Shown: positions 28,008-37,843, numbered from the stretch's first letter. The stretch: 64,000 bases of DNA from Pyrinomonadaceae bacterium (GCA_046313635.1 JBKBYA010000001.1:288001-352000); one strand, 5' to 3'. Notes: generated by a model not told the origin, from the sequence alone. Numbers and translations are program-made.

Positions 28008-30410
28008 GCACGCCTCGCACGCTTCGGGATTCTCGAGCGAGCAGACGAGAGCCTCTTCTTCCGTGTAAGTCTTCTTTGGCTCACTCGCCGCTGCGGCGTC
28101 GCCGGCGGCGACCTGGGCGATCTTGGTCGCCGGTCGCGAACGCAGGTAGTAGGTCGTCTTGAGACCTTTTTGCCACGCGTACATGTACATCGACGAGAGC
28201 TTGCCGATGTTCGGGCTCTCCATAAAGAGGTTGAGCGACTGGCTCTGGTCGATGAACGCGCCGCGGTCGGCGGCCATGTCGATCAGTGAGCGCATCGGGA
28301 TCTCCCACGCCGTTCGGTAGATCTCTCGGAGGTCGGCGGGGATCTCCTCGATATTCTGGATCGAGCCTTCCGAGAGTTTGATCTTCTGACGGATCTCGTC
28401 GGTCCAGAGTCCGGCGGCCTTGAGCTCGCGGACGAGATATTTGTTGATCTGCACAAAGTCGCCCGAGAGCGTCTCGCGTTTGAAGAGATTGGACACCTGC
28501 GGCTCGATGCACTCGTAGCTGCCGGCGATCGCGGCGATCGTCGCGGTCGGCGCGATGGCGATCATCAAGCTGTTTCGCAGGCCGTGCTGTTTGATCTTTG
28601 CGCGAAGCGCGTCCCAGCGTGCGGTGTCCTCGGGCACGACGCCCCAGAGGTCAAACTGCAGCACGCCCTCGGCGGCACGCGTCTCGGGGAATGCGGGATG
28701 CGCGCCCTTCGCCATCGCGAGGTCGCACGACGCGTCGAGCGCCGCGTAGTAGATCTCCTCCTGAATTTTGGCCGAGATCTTTCGCGCTTCCGGCGAATCA
28801 AACGCAAGCCGCAGCTGAAAGAAGACGTCCTGCAGGCCCATCACGCCGAGACCGATATTGCGCCAGCGGCTGTTGGACCTTGCCGTGCTCTCGATCGCGT
28901 AGTAGTTGAGATCGATCACGCGGTCGAGCTGTCGGACGGCGAGACGCACATTCGAATGAAGCTTTGCGTAATCGACGGCGCCGTCCTTTACATATCTCGC
29001 GACGTTGATCGAGCCGAGGTTGCACACGGCGGTCTCGTCGTTGGAGGTGACCTCAATGATCTCGGTGCAGAGATTAGAGAGGTGAACGACATTCTCGGGC
29101 CGCGCGGTCTGGTTCGATTTTTTGTTGCTCGCGTCCTTGAAGGTCATCCAGCCGTTGCCGGTCTGCGCGAGCGTCCGCATCATACGGGCGTAGAGGTCGC
29201 GTGCCTTGACCTGCTTTTTGTAGAGGCCTTGCTCTTCCGCCTCGACGTAGGCCTTTTCAAATTCGTCGCCGTAGAGGTCGACGAGGTGCGGTACGACCTT
29301 CGGGTCAAAGAGCGACCAGACGCCGTCGTCCTGAACGCGGCGCATAAAGAGGTCCGAGATCCAGTTGGCGATGTTCAGATTGTGCGTGCGGCGAGCCTCG
29401 TCGCCGGTGTTTTCGCGGAGCTCGAGAAAGTCCTCGATGTCGGCGTGCCACGTCTCGAGATACACGCAGCAGGCGCCTTTGCGCTTGCCGCCCTGATTAA
29501 CGGCGGCGACCGACGAGTCGAGCGTCTTGAGCCACGGCACGATGCCGTTCGAATGGCCGTTCGTGCCCCGTATAAGCGATCCCTGCGAGCGTATGCGGTG
29601 ATACGCGATGCCGATGCCGCCCGAAAATTTCGAGAGCATCGCGACGTCAGAATACTTTTTGTAAATGCTCTCGAGATTGTCCTCGGGCGAGTCGAGCAAA
29701 AAGCACGACGAAAGCTGCTCGTGCGACGTGCCCGAATTAAAGAGCGTCGGCGTCGACGGAACGTATTCGAGCGACGAAAACAGGCGATAAAGCTCGATCG
29801 CCTCCGCCGGCGTCTCGGAAAGGCCGCAAGCTACGCGCATCCAGAAGAACTGCGGGCTCTCGATGACGTCGCGCGTCACCGGATTCTTCAAGAGGTAACG
29901 ATCGTAGAGCGTTCTGAGGCCGAAAAACTCGAACAGATCATTGCGGGTCTGGTCTATCGCGTCATTCAGCTTGCGGCTGTTTTCCGAGACAAAGCGGGAG
30001 ACGCGTTCGTTGATCAAGCCTTCTTTGTATCCGAAGGCGATCGATTGTGAGAAGGAGTGGATCTCCTGATTGCGGACCTCTTTTTCGATGTACTGATTGA
30101 GCAGCCGCGCGGCGAGACGCGAATATTCGGGCTCCTCAAAGATGAGGCTCGCGGCCGTCTGGATCGAGAGCTTGTCGAGTTCCTTGGTCGTCGCTCCGTC
30201 GTAGAGTCCGCTGATGGTCTTGGTGGCGATCCGCATCACGTCGACATTCGGCAGATTGGGCGTGCACCGCGAGATCGCGCGAACGATCTTGTTTATGTCG
30301 ACCGGCTCGAATGAACCGTTGCGCTTGCGGACGCGCATCGTGGTCTGAGCGGTTTCTTCCTGGCGGGCTGTTCCGGCTGCGGTGCTCGGCGAGGCGGCAA
30401 AGGTATCCAT
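28002..30410 (-). CDS. nrdA: Class I ribonucleotide reductase alpha subunit with ATP cone
   Basis: VRKRNGS ATP cone, PSTPTLFNSG, QLSSC, SNLCTEI, APTA, KTTYYLR and C-terminal CEACQ; AGAGGAG RBS. Confidence 0.97.
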   Translation of the reverse strand: MDTFAASPSTAAGTARQEETAQTTMRVRKRNGSFEPVDINKIVRAISRCTPNLPNVDVMRIATKTISGLYDGATTKELDKLSIQTAASLIFEEPEYSRLAARLLNQYIEKEVRNQEIHSFSQSIAFGYKEGLINERVSRFVSENSRKLNDAIDQTRNDLFEFFGLRTLYDRYLLKNPVTRDVIESPQFFWMRVACGLSETPAEAIELYRLFSSLEYVPSTPTLFNSGTSHEQLSSCFLLDSPEDNLESIYKKYSDVAMLSKFSGGIGIAYHRIRSQGSLIRGTNGHSNGIVPWLKTLDSSVAAVNQGGKRKGACCVYLETWHADIEDFLELRENTGDEARRTHNLNIANWISDLFMRRVQDDGVWSLFDPKVVPHLVDLYGDEFEKAYVEAEEQGLYKKQVKARDLYARMMRTLAQTGNGWMTFKDASNKKSNQTARPENVVHLSNLCTEIIEVTSNDETAVCNLGSINVARYVKDGAVDYAKLHSNVRLAVRQLDRVIDLNYYAIESTARSNSRWRNIGLGVMGLQDVFFQLRLAFDSPEARKISAKIQEEIYYAALDASCDLAMAKGAHPAFPETRAAEGVLQFDLWGVVPEDTARWDALRAKIKQHGLRNSLMIAIAPTATIAAIAGSYECIEPQVSNLFKRETLSGDFVQINKYLVRELKAAGLWTDEIRQKIKLSEGSIQNIEEIPADLREIYRTAWEIPMRSLIDMAADRGAFIDQSQSLNLFMESPNIGKLSSMYMYAWQKGLKTTYYLRSRPATKIAQVAAGDAAAASEPKKTYTEEEALVCSLENPEACEACQ

Positions 30411-30599
30411 CAATTCAAATCTCCTCTTCTCGGCAAGTCTTGTTACAGACAAAATTTACTGAGGGACCTGCGCGTGCCGGACAAAAAATGAGGCCAAAAC
30501 GCCCCTTTCCCGACACCCAAAACCCATCAGGCCAAACCCCTTGCTAGTTATCGTATGGTGAAAGGGCCTTACTTAAAGGCAGCGCCTAGTAGCTGTCGA

Positions 30600-30735
30600 T
30601 CAAAGGACCTGGCTGACGTCCCGAGCGCATTTGACAGTCTTCGTTCCCCATTACCGCTTACGGGGCAGGTGCGACCCAAAAGAGCCGCGGAATTATCAAG
30701 AACCGATCAAGATCGTAAAGAGCGTCCCCTCAGTG
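30600..30735 (-). ncRNA. Cobalamin riboswitch-like element (atypical) in the nrdAB leader
   Basis: Minus strand has CGGT..AATTCCG..CTGCCCCGTAAGCGGTAA..AGCCAGGTCC in B12-element order, with non-standard spacing. Confidence 0.5.
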
Positions 30736-30738
30736 GAT

Positions 30739-30786
30739 ATAGAATATATTGTAGCGTCCGACCTTTGTCAACACTAAATATGGTAG
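30739..30786 (-). promoter_or_regulatory. nrdAB promoter overlapped by two NrdR boxes
   Basis: TTGACA (30766-71)-17 bp-TATATT (30743-48); boxes ATAGAATATATTGTAG (30739-54) and ACACTAAATATGGTAG (30771-86), 32 bp apart, resemble acaCwAtATaTwGtgt. Confidence 0.85.
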
Positions 30787-30924
30787 TTTCCCGAATATTT
30801 ATGAAAGTTAATTAAATCAACAATTACGACGACCGGGCTAGATTTTTGTTGAATGCCGGCGTACGTACCGGCCACTTTTGCTACCTGTGGAAAACCGCTT
30901 TATTTTGGGCCCGCCCGGCGGCAG

Positions 30925-31692
30925 TCAGACACCCTCGACAACGAGCCCGTCGCATGCGAACTCGACATTGTCCGGCAGCAGTCTGGAGTCTCGCGAGTAC
31001 ATTATGTCGTGATTGAGGTGCGTGAGGTAGGCCCGTTTTGGCTTGATGCGTTCGATGTACTCGAGCGCCCCGTCAAGGCCGAGATGCGTCGCGTGCGGCT
31101 TTATCCTGACGCAGTCGAGGACAAGGACGTCGAGGTCCCGCAGACCGTCGATAGTTTCGTCAGAAATGAAGTTCAGGTCGGTCGCGTATGCAAAGTCGTT
31201 AAAGCGGTAGGCGACGACCGGGAGCTTGCCGTGAATGACCTCGAGCGGCGTGATCGTAAGCTCGGGGCCGATCGAGAAAGGCGCGTTGTGATAGACGGTG
31301 TGCGGGATGAGCTGGGGCAGACCGCCGCCGAAATGCACCGGCTTGAAAATGTATTGGAAGATCCGTCGCAGGTCTATCCACGCGATCTCGTTGGCAAAGA
31401 CCGGCATCGCGCCGTAGCGGAAGTTCAGCGGCCTGATATCGTCGAGCCCAAAGACGTGATCGACATGGCAGTGGGTGATCAGCACGGCGTCGAGATAGCG
31501 GATATTCGCACGCAGCGCCTGCTGGCGAAAGTCGGATGATGTGTCGACGAGTATCGTCTTGCCGGCGTGCTCGACGAGTATCGAGACCCGCAGCCGCTTG
31601 TCGCGCGGGTCGTCTGAGAGGCAGGTCTCACAATCGCAAGCGATCGACGGCACGCCGGTGGATGTTCCTGTTCCGAGAAAAGTAAGCTTCAT
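30925..31692 (-). CDS. PhnP-like metallo-beta-lactamase-fold hydrolase
   Basis: LGTGTSTGVP, THCHVDH, YATD and THLNH. Confidence 0.9.
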   Translation of the reverse strand: MKLTFLGTGTSTGVPSIACDCETCLSDDPRDKRLRVSILVEHAGKTILVDTSSDFRQQALRANIRYLDAVLITHCHVDHVFGLDDIRPLNFRYGAMPVFANEIAWIDLRRIFQYIFKPVHFGGGLPQLIPHTVYHNAPFSIGPELTITPLEVIHGKLPVVAYRFNDFAYATDLNFISDETIDGLRDLDVLVLDCVRIKPHATHLGLDGALEYIERIKPKRAYLTHLNHDIMYSRDSRLLPDNVEFACDGLVVEGV

Positions 31693-31699
31693 TCAGTCG

Positions 31700-31829
31700 G
31701 GAACGCGGACGCCCTCGTCCGCAATGAGGGCGAAGCCCGAAGAGAACCGTCAAAGAATAAGCTTGCCGACACCTCCGCGCCCGTTCGCGTCGAAGCGACG
31801 CTCATTGCGGACGAGGGCGTCCACGTTCC
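31700..31829. repeat. REPIN-like element with 29-bp inverted repeats
   Basis: GGAACGYGGACGCCCTCGTCCGCAATGAG at 31700-31728 and inverted at 31801-31829 (1 mismatch). Confidence 0.85.
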
Positions 31830-31834
31830 GCCGT

Positions 31835-32389
31835 TCACTTCTTGCCGAGTATGTCGCCGGCCGAGAATTTCTTCGCCGCCTGTTGTTTGAGCTTTTCTTC
31901 GGTCGCGCGCACCATCGTCACGTACTGCATCCGCAGGTCGGCGAGCAGGCCTTCGAGCAGCCGAGACTCTTTTTCGTGAAGATTGCCCTTGGTCTTTTCG
32001 CGGAGCATCGCGAGCACGTCGAGCCAGTATTTGCCCGTATCGAGATCGAGGCTGCGCTGGCCGGTCGCCGGATGCGGCACGGCACCGAGCGCGGCCGCCG
32101 CATTGGTCGCGAGCGTCGAGAGAAAATTGACGAAGCTTGCGGGGTCGTTCGCGCCGGGAATGTCCTCGCCCGACATCTCGTCATAATCGCCGACGTCCTC
32201 CGCCGAATGCGGTCCGCTCTCGTCGCGAGGTGCCTGCGGCTCGGGCCGGGCGGCGGGCGGCGTTTCGGTCTCGACGGGCTTCGCGGGCTCGAGCGTCACG
32301 CCTTCCTTAAGCGAGCCGTCGGCATTGAACTTTCGTCGATCGGCGACCTTGTAGGTCACCTCTTCCTGATTTTCGTCTCGTCCGATCAT
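31835..32389 (-). CDS. DUF1844-domain protein
   Basis: KVADRRKF N-terminus; FLSTLA...LG..PHP, DVLAMLREKTKGNL and LRMQYV. Confidence 0.82.
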   Translation of the reverse strand: MIGRDENQEEVTYKVADRRKFNADGSLKEGVTLEPAKPVETETPPAARPEPQAPRDESGPHSAEDVGDYDEMSGEDIPGANDPASFVNFLSTLATNAAAALGAVPHPATGQRSLDLDTGKYWLDVLAMLREKTKGNLHEKESRLLEGLLADLRMQYVTMVRATEEKLKQQAAKKFSAGDILGKK

Positions 32390-32493
32390 GATGCGTTCTA
32401 GGAATATCGATATTAGCACTTCAGCGGAGCTGCTTTCGAGTCGGCAGACCGATCGTTCTTGACTCTCCAGGCGCGTGCGCCTTAAATGGCTTC

Positions 32494-33300
32494 ATGTCCA
32501 GATCCTTTGACGAATTGGTCGCCGTGATGGCCCGTCTGCGGGCCCCGGGCGGCTGCCCATGGGACCGCGAACAGACCTACGCGTCGCTCGCGCAGTACCT
32601 TCTCGAGGAGGCGTACGAGACCTTTGACGCGATCCAGGAGGCCGAGCAGACGGGCGACGTCGCTAACCTCCGCGAGGAGCTCGGCGACCTTTTGCTCCAG
32701 GTCGTCTTTCATTCGACGATCGCGGCGGAGAAGGGCGATTTCACGATCGACGAGGTGGCGGCCGGCATCACGAGCAAGCTTGTGCTTCGGCACCCGCACG
32801 TCTTTGGCGAGGCCAAGCTCGAGACGGCCGACGACGTGCTCAGCAATTGGGACACGCTCAAGGCAAACGAGCGGAAGGCCTCGGGCAAAACGGACAAGAC
32901 CGCAGACTCGCTGCTTGACGAGGTCCCGGTGCACTTTCCGGCGCTGCTCGAGGCGCTCAAGCTGACCAAAAAGGCGGCCAAGGTCGGCTTTGACTGGACC
33001 GATCCGGAGCCGATCATCGACAAGATCCGCGAAGAGATCGACGAGGTCCGCGAAGCGATTAACAGCCGCGACGCGGGCGAGGTCGCCGAGGAGATCGGCG
33101 ATCTGCTCTTTGCGGTCGTCAATCTCGCCCGGCACCTCGACGTCGAGCCGGAGACCGCCCTCAAAAAGACCAACCGCAAATTTCGCCGCCGATTCAAATT
33201 TATCGAGGACGAGCTCAAGGCCGGCGGCCGATCGCCGGAAGATGCGAGTCTCGCCGAAATGGACGATCTCTGGGACCGCGCAAAATCGGCTTCCTCGTAA
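32494..33300 (+). CDS. mazG: Nucleoside triphosphate pyrophosphohydrolase MazG
   Basis: GCPWDREQT, EELGDLLLQVVFH, RHPHVFG and EEIGDLLF. Confidence 0.95.
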   Translation: MSRSFDELVAVMARLRAPGGCPWDREQTYASLAQYLLEEAYETFDAIQEAEQTGDVANLREELGDLLLQVVFHSTIAAEKGDFTIDEVAAGITSKLVLRHPHVFGEAKLETADDVLSNWDTLKANERKASGKTDKTADSLLDEVPVHFPALLEALKLTKKAAKVGFDWTDPEPIIDKIREEIDEVREAINSRDAGEVAEEIGDLLFAVVNLARHLDVEPETALKKTNRKFRRRFKFIEDELKAGGRSPEDASLAEMDDLWDRAKSASS

Positions 33301-33416
33301 AGCATAACGGGCCGACATTCCGCTCGTTCGGCATCAGTACAGCCTTCTTGCAGCCGCGCCGCGGAGCTTGACGAGGGCGGTCGCTAAACCCCGACATAAA
33401 GATACTTACCTCAGGC

Positions 33417-33431
33417 TGGCACGTTCGTTGC
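33417..33431 (+). promoter_or_regulatory. Sigma54 (-24/-12) promoter
   Basis: TGGCAC-GTTCG-TTGC, full consensus, 59 bp before the ATG at 33490. Confidence 0.8.
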
Positions 33432-33489
33432 GACGCCTCTCACCTTCGGCGCGCTTTGCGCTCGATTTACATCAAGGAGGTATTGATCG

Positions 33490-34419
33490 ATGAAAAGAAG
33501 TTTGATCATGTCGGCCGGCTTGGCGCTCGTGCTGGCCGGCGGGGCGCTTGCTCAAGACACGACGACCACGACGGTCGTTACCAAAAAAGACGTCGTCGTC
33601 CATCCGGACGGCTCGTACACCGTCATCGAATATCCTGTCGGACGCGAGGTGACCGTTAACCTGCTGCCCGGCACTTCTCTCACCGGGGCCAAGGGCGTGG
33701 CGCGTGTGATGCGTTCGGCCGACGGCACCAAGGTGCATATCGATCTCGCCGGTGTGACGGGTGATGCGAGCGAGATGTACGTCTACAGTATCGACCCGGC
33801 CGGGGTGCCGACGCTGCTGGGACCGGTGAAGGTCACCAACGGAGCGGGCGTCGCGGAGTTTACGACGACTTCCGATAAATTCATGCTCGTCGTCTCGCCG
33901 ACCGGCAACCTGACGGCGGTCGATACTTCGACGCCGATCTTCTTCCGAAGCGAGCTGCCGAAGGGTTACGCGATCGTGCCGCGTCGGATGACAGGCGAAG
34001 AGAATGCGGTCGCCGGCGCGTCAAATGTCGGCTCGACCTACGAGGTGCCGATGCTCAACGTGCCGGGCTTCAAGGCGGGCGAGACCACAGAGGTCAGGAT
34101 CAAATTCTCCGGCGACCTGAAGGGCCTCGACGGCCGCGCGTACCTCAAGCCCGAGGGCGGCAAGACGACGATCAAGATGCGCTTCGGCGATATGCGCAAG
34201 GTGCCGGCCAACACGCGCTTTGTCCTCTGGGCAAAAGCTCCGGACGGTTCATACACCAAGCTCGGCCAGGTCATCAACACCGGCTCCCGTGACGAGTCGG
34301 AGATCCGCAGTGAGACCGCGCTGACCGACTTTGGCCTCTTTATGACGGTCGAGGACGCAGACGTCGCCGATCCGACCGGCAAGGTCTACTCGGTCTTTGG
34401 CGTGCCGCGGGTTCCATAA
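33490..34419 (+). CDS. Secreted protein with two similar beta domains (RskA-like)
   Basis: AGGAGG RBS; signal peptide ending ALA-Q; internal similarity G.A.V/L...G.T...Y/F...PxG..T.LG. Confidence 0.75.
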   Translation: MKRSLIMSAGLALVLAGGALAQDTTTTTVVTKKDVVVHPDGSYTVIEYPVGREVTVNLLPGTSLTGAKGVARVMRSADGTKVHIDLAGVTGDASEMYVYSIDPAGVPTLLGPVKVTNGAGVAEFTTTSDKFMLVVSPTGNLTAVDTSTPIFFRSELPKGYAIVPRRMTGEENAVAGASNVGSTYEVPMLNVPGFKAGETTEVRIKFSGDLKGLDGRAYLKPEGGKTTIKMRFGDMRKVPANTRFVLWAKAPDGSYTKLGQVINTGSRDESEIRSETALTDFGLFMTVEDADVADPTGKVYSVFGVPRVP

Positions 34420-34949
34420 GGTTTGAATATCGGGGACGAACGGGGACGCGGGCCTTTTACTCGGGCCCGCGTCCTTGTTTGAAAAACTTCTTTCAGCAAA
34501 AGGAATGTGTCTCGATAGATCGACGGCTCTTCGGAGAGCCTCGGGCCGGCCACATTCAGGGTCTCGGGCCGGGCGCGCTCGAGCCAGCGCCGAACGATAA
34601 ATGCCGCGCGCCGCGCCGTGAGCGTTCTGCGGTCGATCAAGATGTGCGGCCGATGGAGCTTCGCGGCGGCAATTCTCGTCAGCCTCGTCCCGCCGCGAAG
34701 CGGACCGCGGCAAACGATGAGCGTCGCGTCCGACGCGAGCACGTTTAGGATCGTCCTCACCGACGGTTTGCAGGAACTTGTCTCGATGAGCCCTGAGTAA
34801 CGAGTCGGGACCGGCCCGTCCTCGGCGGTTCGCCCCGCCGGGATAGATCCGCCGATCTCAACGCCGAGCTCGAGTGCCGCGTCGAGCGCCGCGCGGTCGG
34901 CGCCGGTCTGCCCGCCGCTGACGATCCGAATTGGCCGATCGGTCCTCAT
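34386..34949 (-). CDS. SLOG-family putative molybdenum carrier (cpYpsA-like)
   Basis: VSGGQTGADRAALD, GRTAEDG, RT..NV..SDATL and LNVAGPR. Confidence 0.85.
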   Translation of the reverse strand: MRTDRPIRIVSGGQTGADRAALDAALELGVEIGGSIPAGRTAEDGPVPTRYSGLIETSSCKPSVRTILNVLASDATLIVCRGPLRGGTRLTRIAAAKLHRPHILIDRRTLTARRAAFIVRRWLERARPETLNVAGPRLSEEPSIYRDTFLLLKEVFQTRTRARVKGPRPRSSPIFKPYGTRGTPKTE

Positions 34950-35053
34950 CGGTTGTTTACAAAAACTACACGTCCGCCGCGCGGCCGTTCAAATGTGAAA
35001 CGAATCCTTACACCGCGCGGCCCCAAAAGCCTGTTAACGGCCGCCGCGCCAAA

Positions 35054-35069
35054 CGGTATGGTTATTGCA
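35054..35069 (+). promoter_or_regulatory. Probable sigma54 promoter
   Basis: CGGTATGGTTATTGCA (GG-N10-GC with TTGC). Confidence 0.55.
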
Positions 35070-35176
35070 CGGCTAATTAAGCTCATACGAAAAATACGCG
35101 AGTTCGCCGACGCGGACTCGAAACCCGTTGAATGGCAATTGTATTGGCAGAATAAAACTTTGCGAGGTGACTAAAG

Positions 35177-35824
35177 ATGGCTCAACAGAACTCGAATTTA
35201 ACAGGTAACTCGTCGGCCGACGCGCCGCGCAGCACACCGGGCGGCGCCACCGGACAGGGAGCTCCGGGCCAAAGCATTCCGGCCGCGGCGGGCGGCACCG
35301 CGAGCTCGGGCGGCGGTATGACGGCCTCGGCCGCGGCGACCGCACGCAGCGTCGTCGACACCGCAAAAGAGACCGCCGGGCAGGCCTACGAGGTCCTGAC
35401 CGACAAGGCCGCGACGACCATCGACGAAAAGAAGACGACCTTGGCGACGGGCCTGACGTCGGTCGCAGATTCGCTCAAGCAGGTCGGCGACAGCCTCGGC
35501 ACAAACGCCGGCGGCGAGAATCAGCTCGCGCGCTTCGCGGCGGAATACGGCAGGGCGGCGGCCGATCGCGTCGAGCGGCTCGGACGATATTTCGAAACGC
35601 ACGACACGCGGCAGATGGTCCGCGACGTCGAGAGCTTTGCGCGCCGCAATCCGGCCGTATTTATCGGCGCGGCTTTTGGCCTCGGCTTGCTTGCGGCCCG
35701 TTTTCTCAAGAGCTCTAAACCGGACGGCGGGATGAACTCGTCCACCGTATCATCCGGTTTTGACAGCCCGAGCGGCGGAGCCTTGGGCGGTGCCGCTGCC
35801 GGTGCATCGACAACGCGGCTTTAG
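35177..35824 (+). CDS. Hypothetical general-stress-type protein
   Basis: GAGGT RBS; DVESFARRNPAVFIGAAFGLGLLAARFLKSS C-terminal anchor motif. Confidence 0.8.
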   Translation: MAQQNSNLTGNSSADAPRSTPGGATGQGAPGQSIPAAAGGTASSGGGMTASAAATARSVVDTAKETAGQAYEVLTDKAATTIDEKKTTLATGLTSVADSLKQVGDSLGTNAGGENQLARFAAEYGRAAADRVERLGRYFETHDTRQMVRDVESFARRNPAVFIGAAFGLGLLAARFLKSSKPDGGMNSSTVSSGFDSPSGGALGGAAAGASTTRL

Positions 35825-35836
35825 CAAGGAGGATCT

Positions 35837-36238
35837 ATGGCAACTGAAATGGTGCGTAAGGACGACCGCAGTATCGGCGAGCTCTTCTCCGAACTGGCGA
35901 GCGAGACGTCGACGCTGATCCGTCAGGAGGTCGCCCTTGCTCAGGTCGAGATAACTCAAAAGGCGACCGCCGCCGGCAAGAATGTCGGCTATCTGGCCGT
36001 CGGCGGGTTTATCGGCTATGCGGGCCTGCTCGCGGTGCTGGCGGGCGTGATCATCGGTCTGTCGTACTTCATGCCGCCGTGGCTCGCGGCGTTCGGCGTG
36101 GGAGTGATCGTCGGCGTGATCGCATACGTGATGATCTCGTCGGCACTGACAGCTCTGCGGACGATGGATATGACGCCGACCGAAACGGTCGAATCGATCA
36201 AGGAGGATGCGCGATGGCTAAAAAATCAGGTGAGCTAG
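35837..36238 (+). CDS. Phage-holin-family (YqjE/DUF1469-like) membrane protein
   Basis: RSIGELFSEL..LIRQEVALA, two TM helices, PTETVESIKED. Confidence 0.85.
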   Translation: MATEMVRKDDRSIGELFSELASETSTLIRQEVALAQVEITQKATAAGKNVGYLAVGGFIGYAGLLAVLAGVIIGLSYFMPPWLAAFGVGVIVGVIAYVMISSALTALRTMDMTPTETVESIKEDARWLKNQVS

Positions 36239-37233
36239 GAACGGGCCGGACGGACGCCGGAAGCCTCTCCCACAGCGAAGGGCACGACCCTCTCGTCGAG
36301 CGCTTCGGCGACTCTAGCGTCGGGGCCGCAGGCTCTGACGAGTTTGGCCTCGAAGCCGAAAACCTCGAAATGACCGGCGAGCACCCGGATGAGACAGAGC
36401 ACCTCCGGGCGCAGATCGAGGAAACGAGAAGGGAAATGGGCGAGACCATCGACGCTCTGCAGGAAAAGCTGAGCCTGTCGAACGTCCAGGAGCAGGTCTC
36501 GGAAACGGTCTCGATGGCGATCGAGACGGCAAAAGATTCTATCTACGAAGCAACGATCGGAAAGGCGGTGGGATTTATGAAAAGTGCAGGTGAAGGAATT
36601 TCAAATTCAGGTGCAATGCGGACGGTACGTGAAAATCCGTTCCCGGTCCTATTGATCGGGCTCGGAGCCGGACTGCTTGCGTATCAGAGCTATTCGGCGC
36701 GCGGGCGCCGTCTCGACGGCGGTCGCCGGATGATGTCGGGCCGTCACAACATGATGGCGGACGAGACGTCCGAATCGAATTCGCTGACCGGCGAGGCCGC
36801 GTCGTATGCGGGCCGCACTTATGAAAAAGCGGCGAGCGCGGTCGGCGGCGTTCTCGAGACCGTGAGCGGCACGGCGACGAGCGCCTACGACGGCGTGAGC
36901 CGCAAGCTCGGCAGCGCATACATGAGCGCCGGCGAGATGGCGACGCGGGCCGCCGAGGTGGCTGGCCAGTACAAGGAAAAGGCCTACGAGACCTACGACC
37001 ATTATCTCGAGGACAACCCGCTCGCCGTCGGCGCGGTGGCTCTGGCGGTCGGAGCCGCGGTCGGATTCGCCATTCCGGCAACACGATTCGAAGGCCGTAT
37101 GATGGGCGACGCTCGCGAGAATCTGCTCAACAAGGCTCAGGACATGGCCGGCGAGCTCGTCGACCGTGCCAAGCACGTCGCCGGCGAAGCCGGACGCACG
37201 ATCCAGGACGAGGCAAAAGCTCTCACTCAATAG
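36214..37233 (+). CDS. DUF3618-domain protein
   Basis: AGGAGG RBS; LRAQIEETRREMGETIDALQEKL; two NP-hydrophobic motifs. Confidence 0.82.
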   Translation: MAKKSGELGTGRTDAGSLSHSEGHDPLVERFGDSSVGAAGSDEFGLEAENLEMTGEHPDETEHLRAQIEETRREMGETIDALQEKLSLSNVQEQVSETVSMAIETAKDSIYEATIGKAVGFMKSAGEGISNSGAMRTVRENPFPVLLIGLGAGLLAYQSYSARGRRLDGGRRMMSGRHNMMADETSESNSLTGEAASYAGRTYEKAASAVGGVLETVSGTATSAYDGVSRKLGSAYMSAGEMATRAAEVAGQYKEKAYETYDHYLEDNPLAVGAVALAVGAAVGFAIPATRFEGRMMGDARENLLNKAQDMAGELVDRAKHVAGEAGRTIQDEAKALTQ

Positions 37234-37254
37234 AGTCGCAGCACTGAGAAAAAT

Positions 37255-37282
37255 GAGGCCGCCTGCAGGGGCGGCCTTTTTT
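37255..37282 (+). terminator. Intrinsic terminator
   Basis: AGGCCGCC-TGCAGG-GGCGGCC-TTTTTT. Confidence 0.8.
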
Positions 37283-37513
37283 AGTGCCGAAGCCCCCGGG
37301 CGTCAGAAGGGATCATCTCGAGTCGCCGCTATGCTTTTCTGACCGCGCCCTCTCACGTTCTTCGCGGCTATGCCGCCGGGCGGCGGGGCCGCAGTGCCGA
37401 CGCGCAGCACCGGACGGAAAAGCTCAGCTTTTCCGCTCGGCGAGGAAGACATTTCAAACAGACAACCGACCTGTGATCGCGTTGAGGGCTACGGCCCCTA
37501 CCGGCGTGCCGGT

Positions 37514-37843
37514 TCATTCTGCAAACAGCTCGGCCAGCACGGCGAGCACCTTTTTGCGGGCGTCGGCGTCGAGCTCGCCGACCTTCTTCACGAGGCGTGT
37601 CGTCTCGACCGTTCGTATCTGGTCGAGTATCACGTGACGCCGGCCGTTGAGAAACTCGATCTCGACCCGCGTCGGGTACGGCGCCCTGGTCGACGAGATC
37701 GGCGCGACGATCGCCGTCTCGACATGCCGGTTGAGCTCGTCGGGCGACACGACCACGCACGGCCGAGTGTTGCGCGCCTCGCCCGCCGAGTGGGCGGCGT
37801 CCATGTTCAGCAGGTAAATGTCGAATCGGTTTACCATTGCCAC
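37514..37843 (-). CDS. PemK/MazF-family toxin
   Basis: GEARNTRPCVVVSPDELN, VAPISS and DQIRTV. Confidence 0.9.
   Translation of the reverse strand: MAMVNRFDIYLLNMDAAHSAGEARNTRPCVVVSPDELNRHVETAIVAPISSTRAPYPTRVEIEFLNGRRHVILDQIRTVETTRLVKKVGELDADARKKVLAVLAELFAE

Noticed and set aside
35837..36238. Prophage lysis gene
   Set aside because: The holin-like family is common in chromosomal stress clusters; no phage genes are adjacent.
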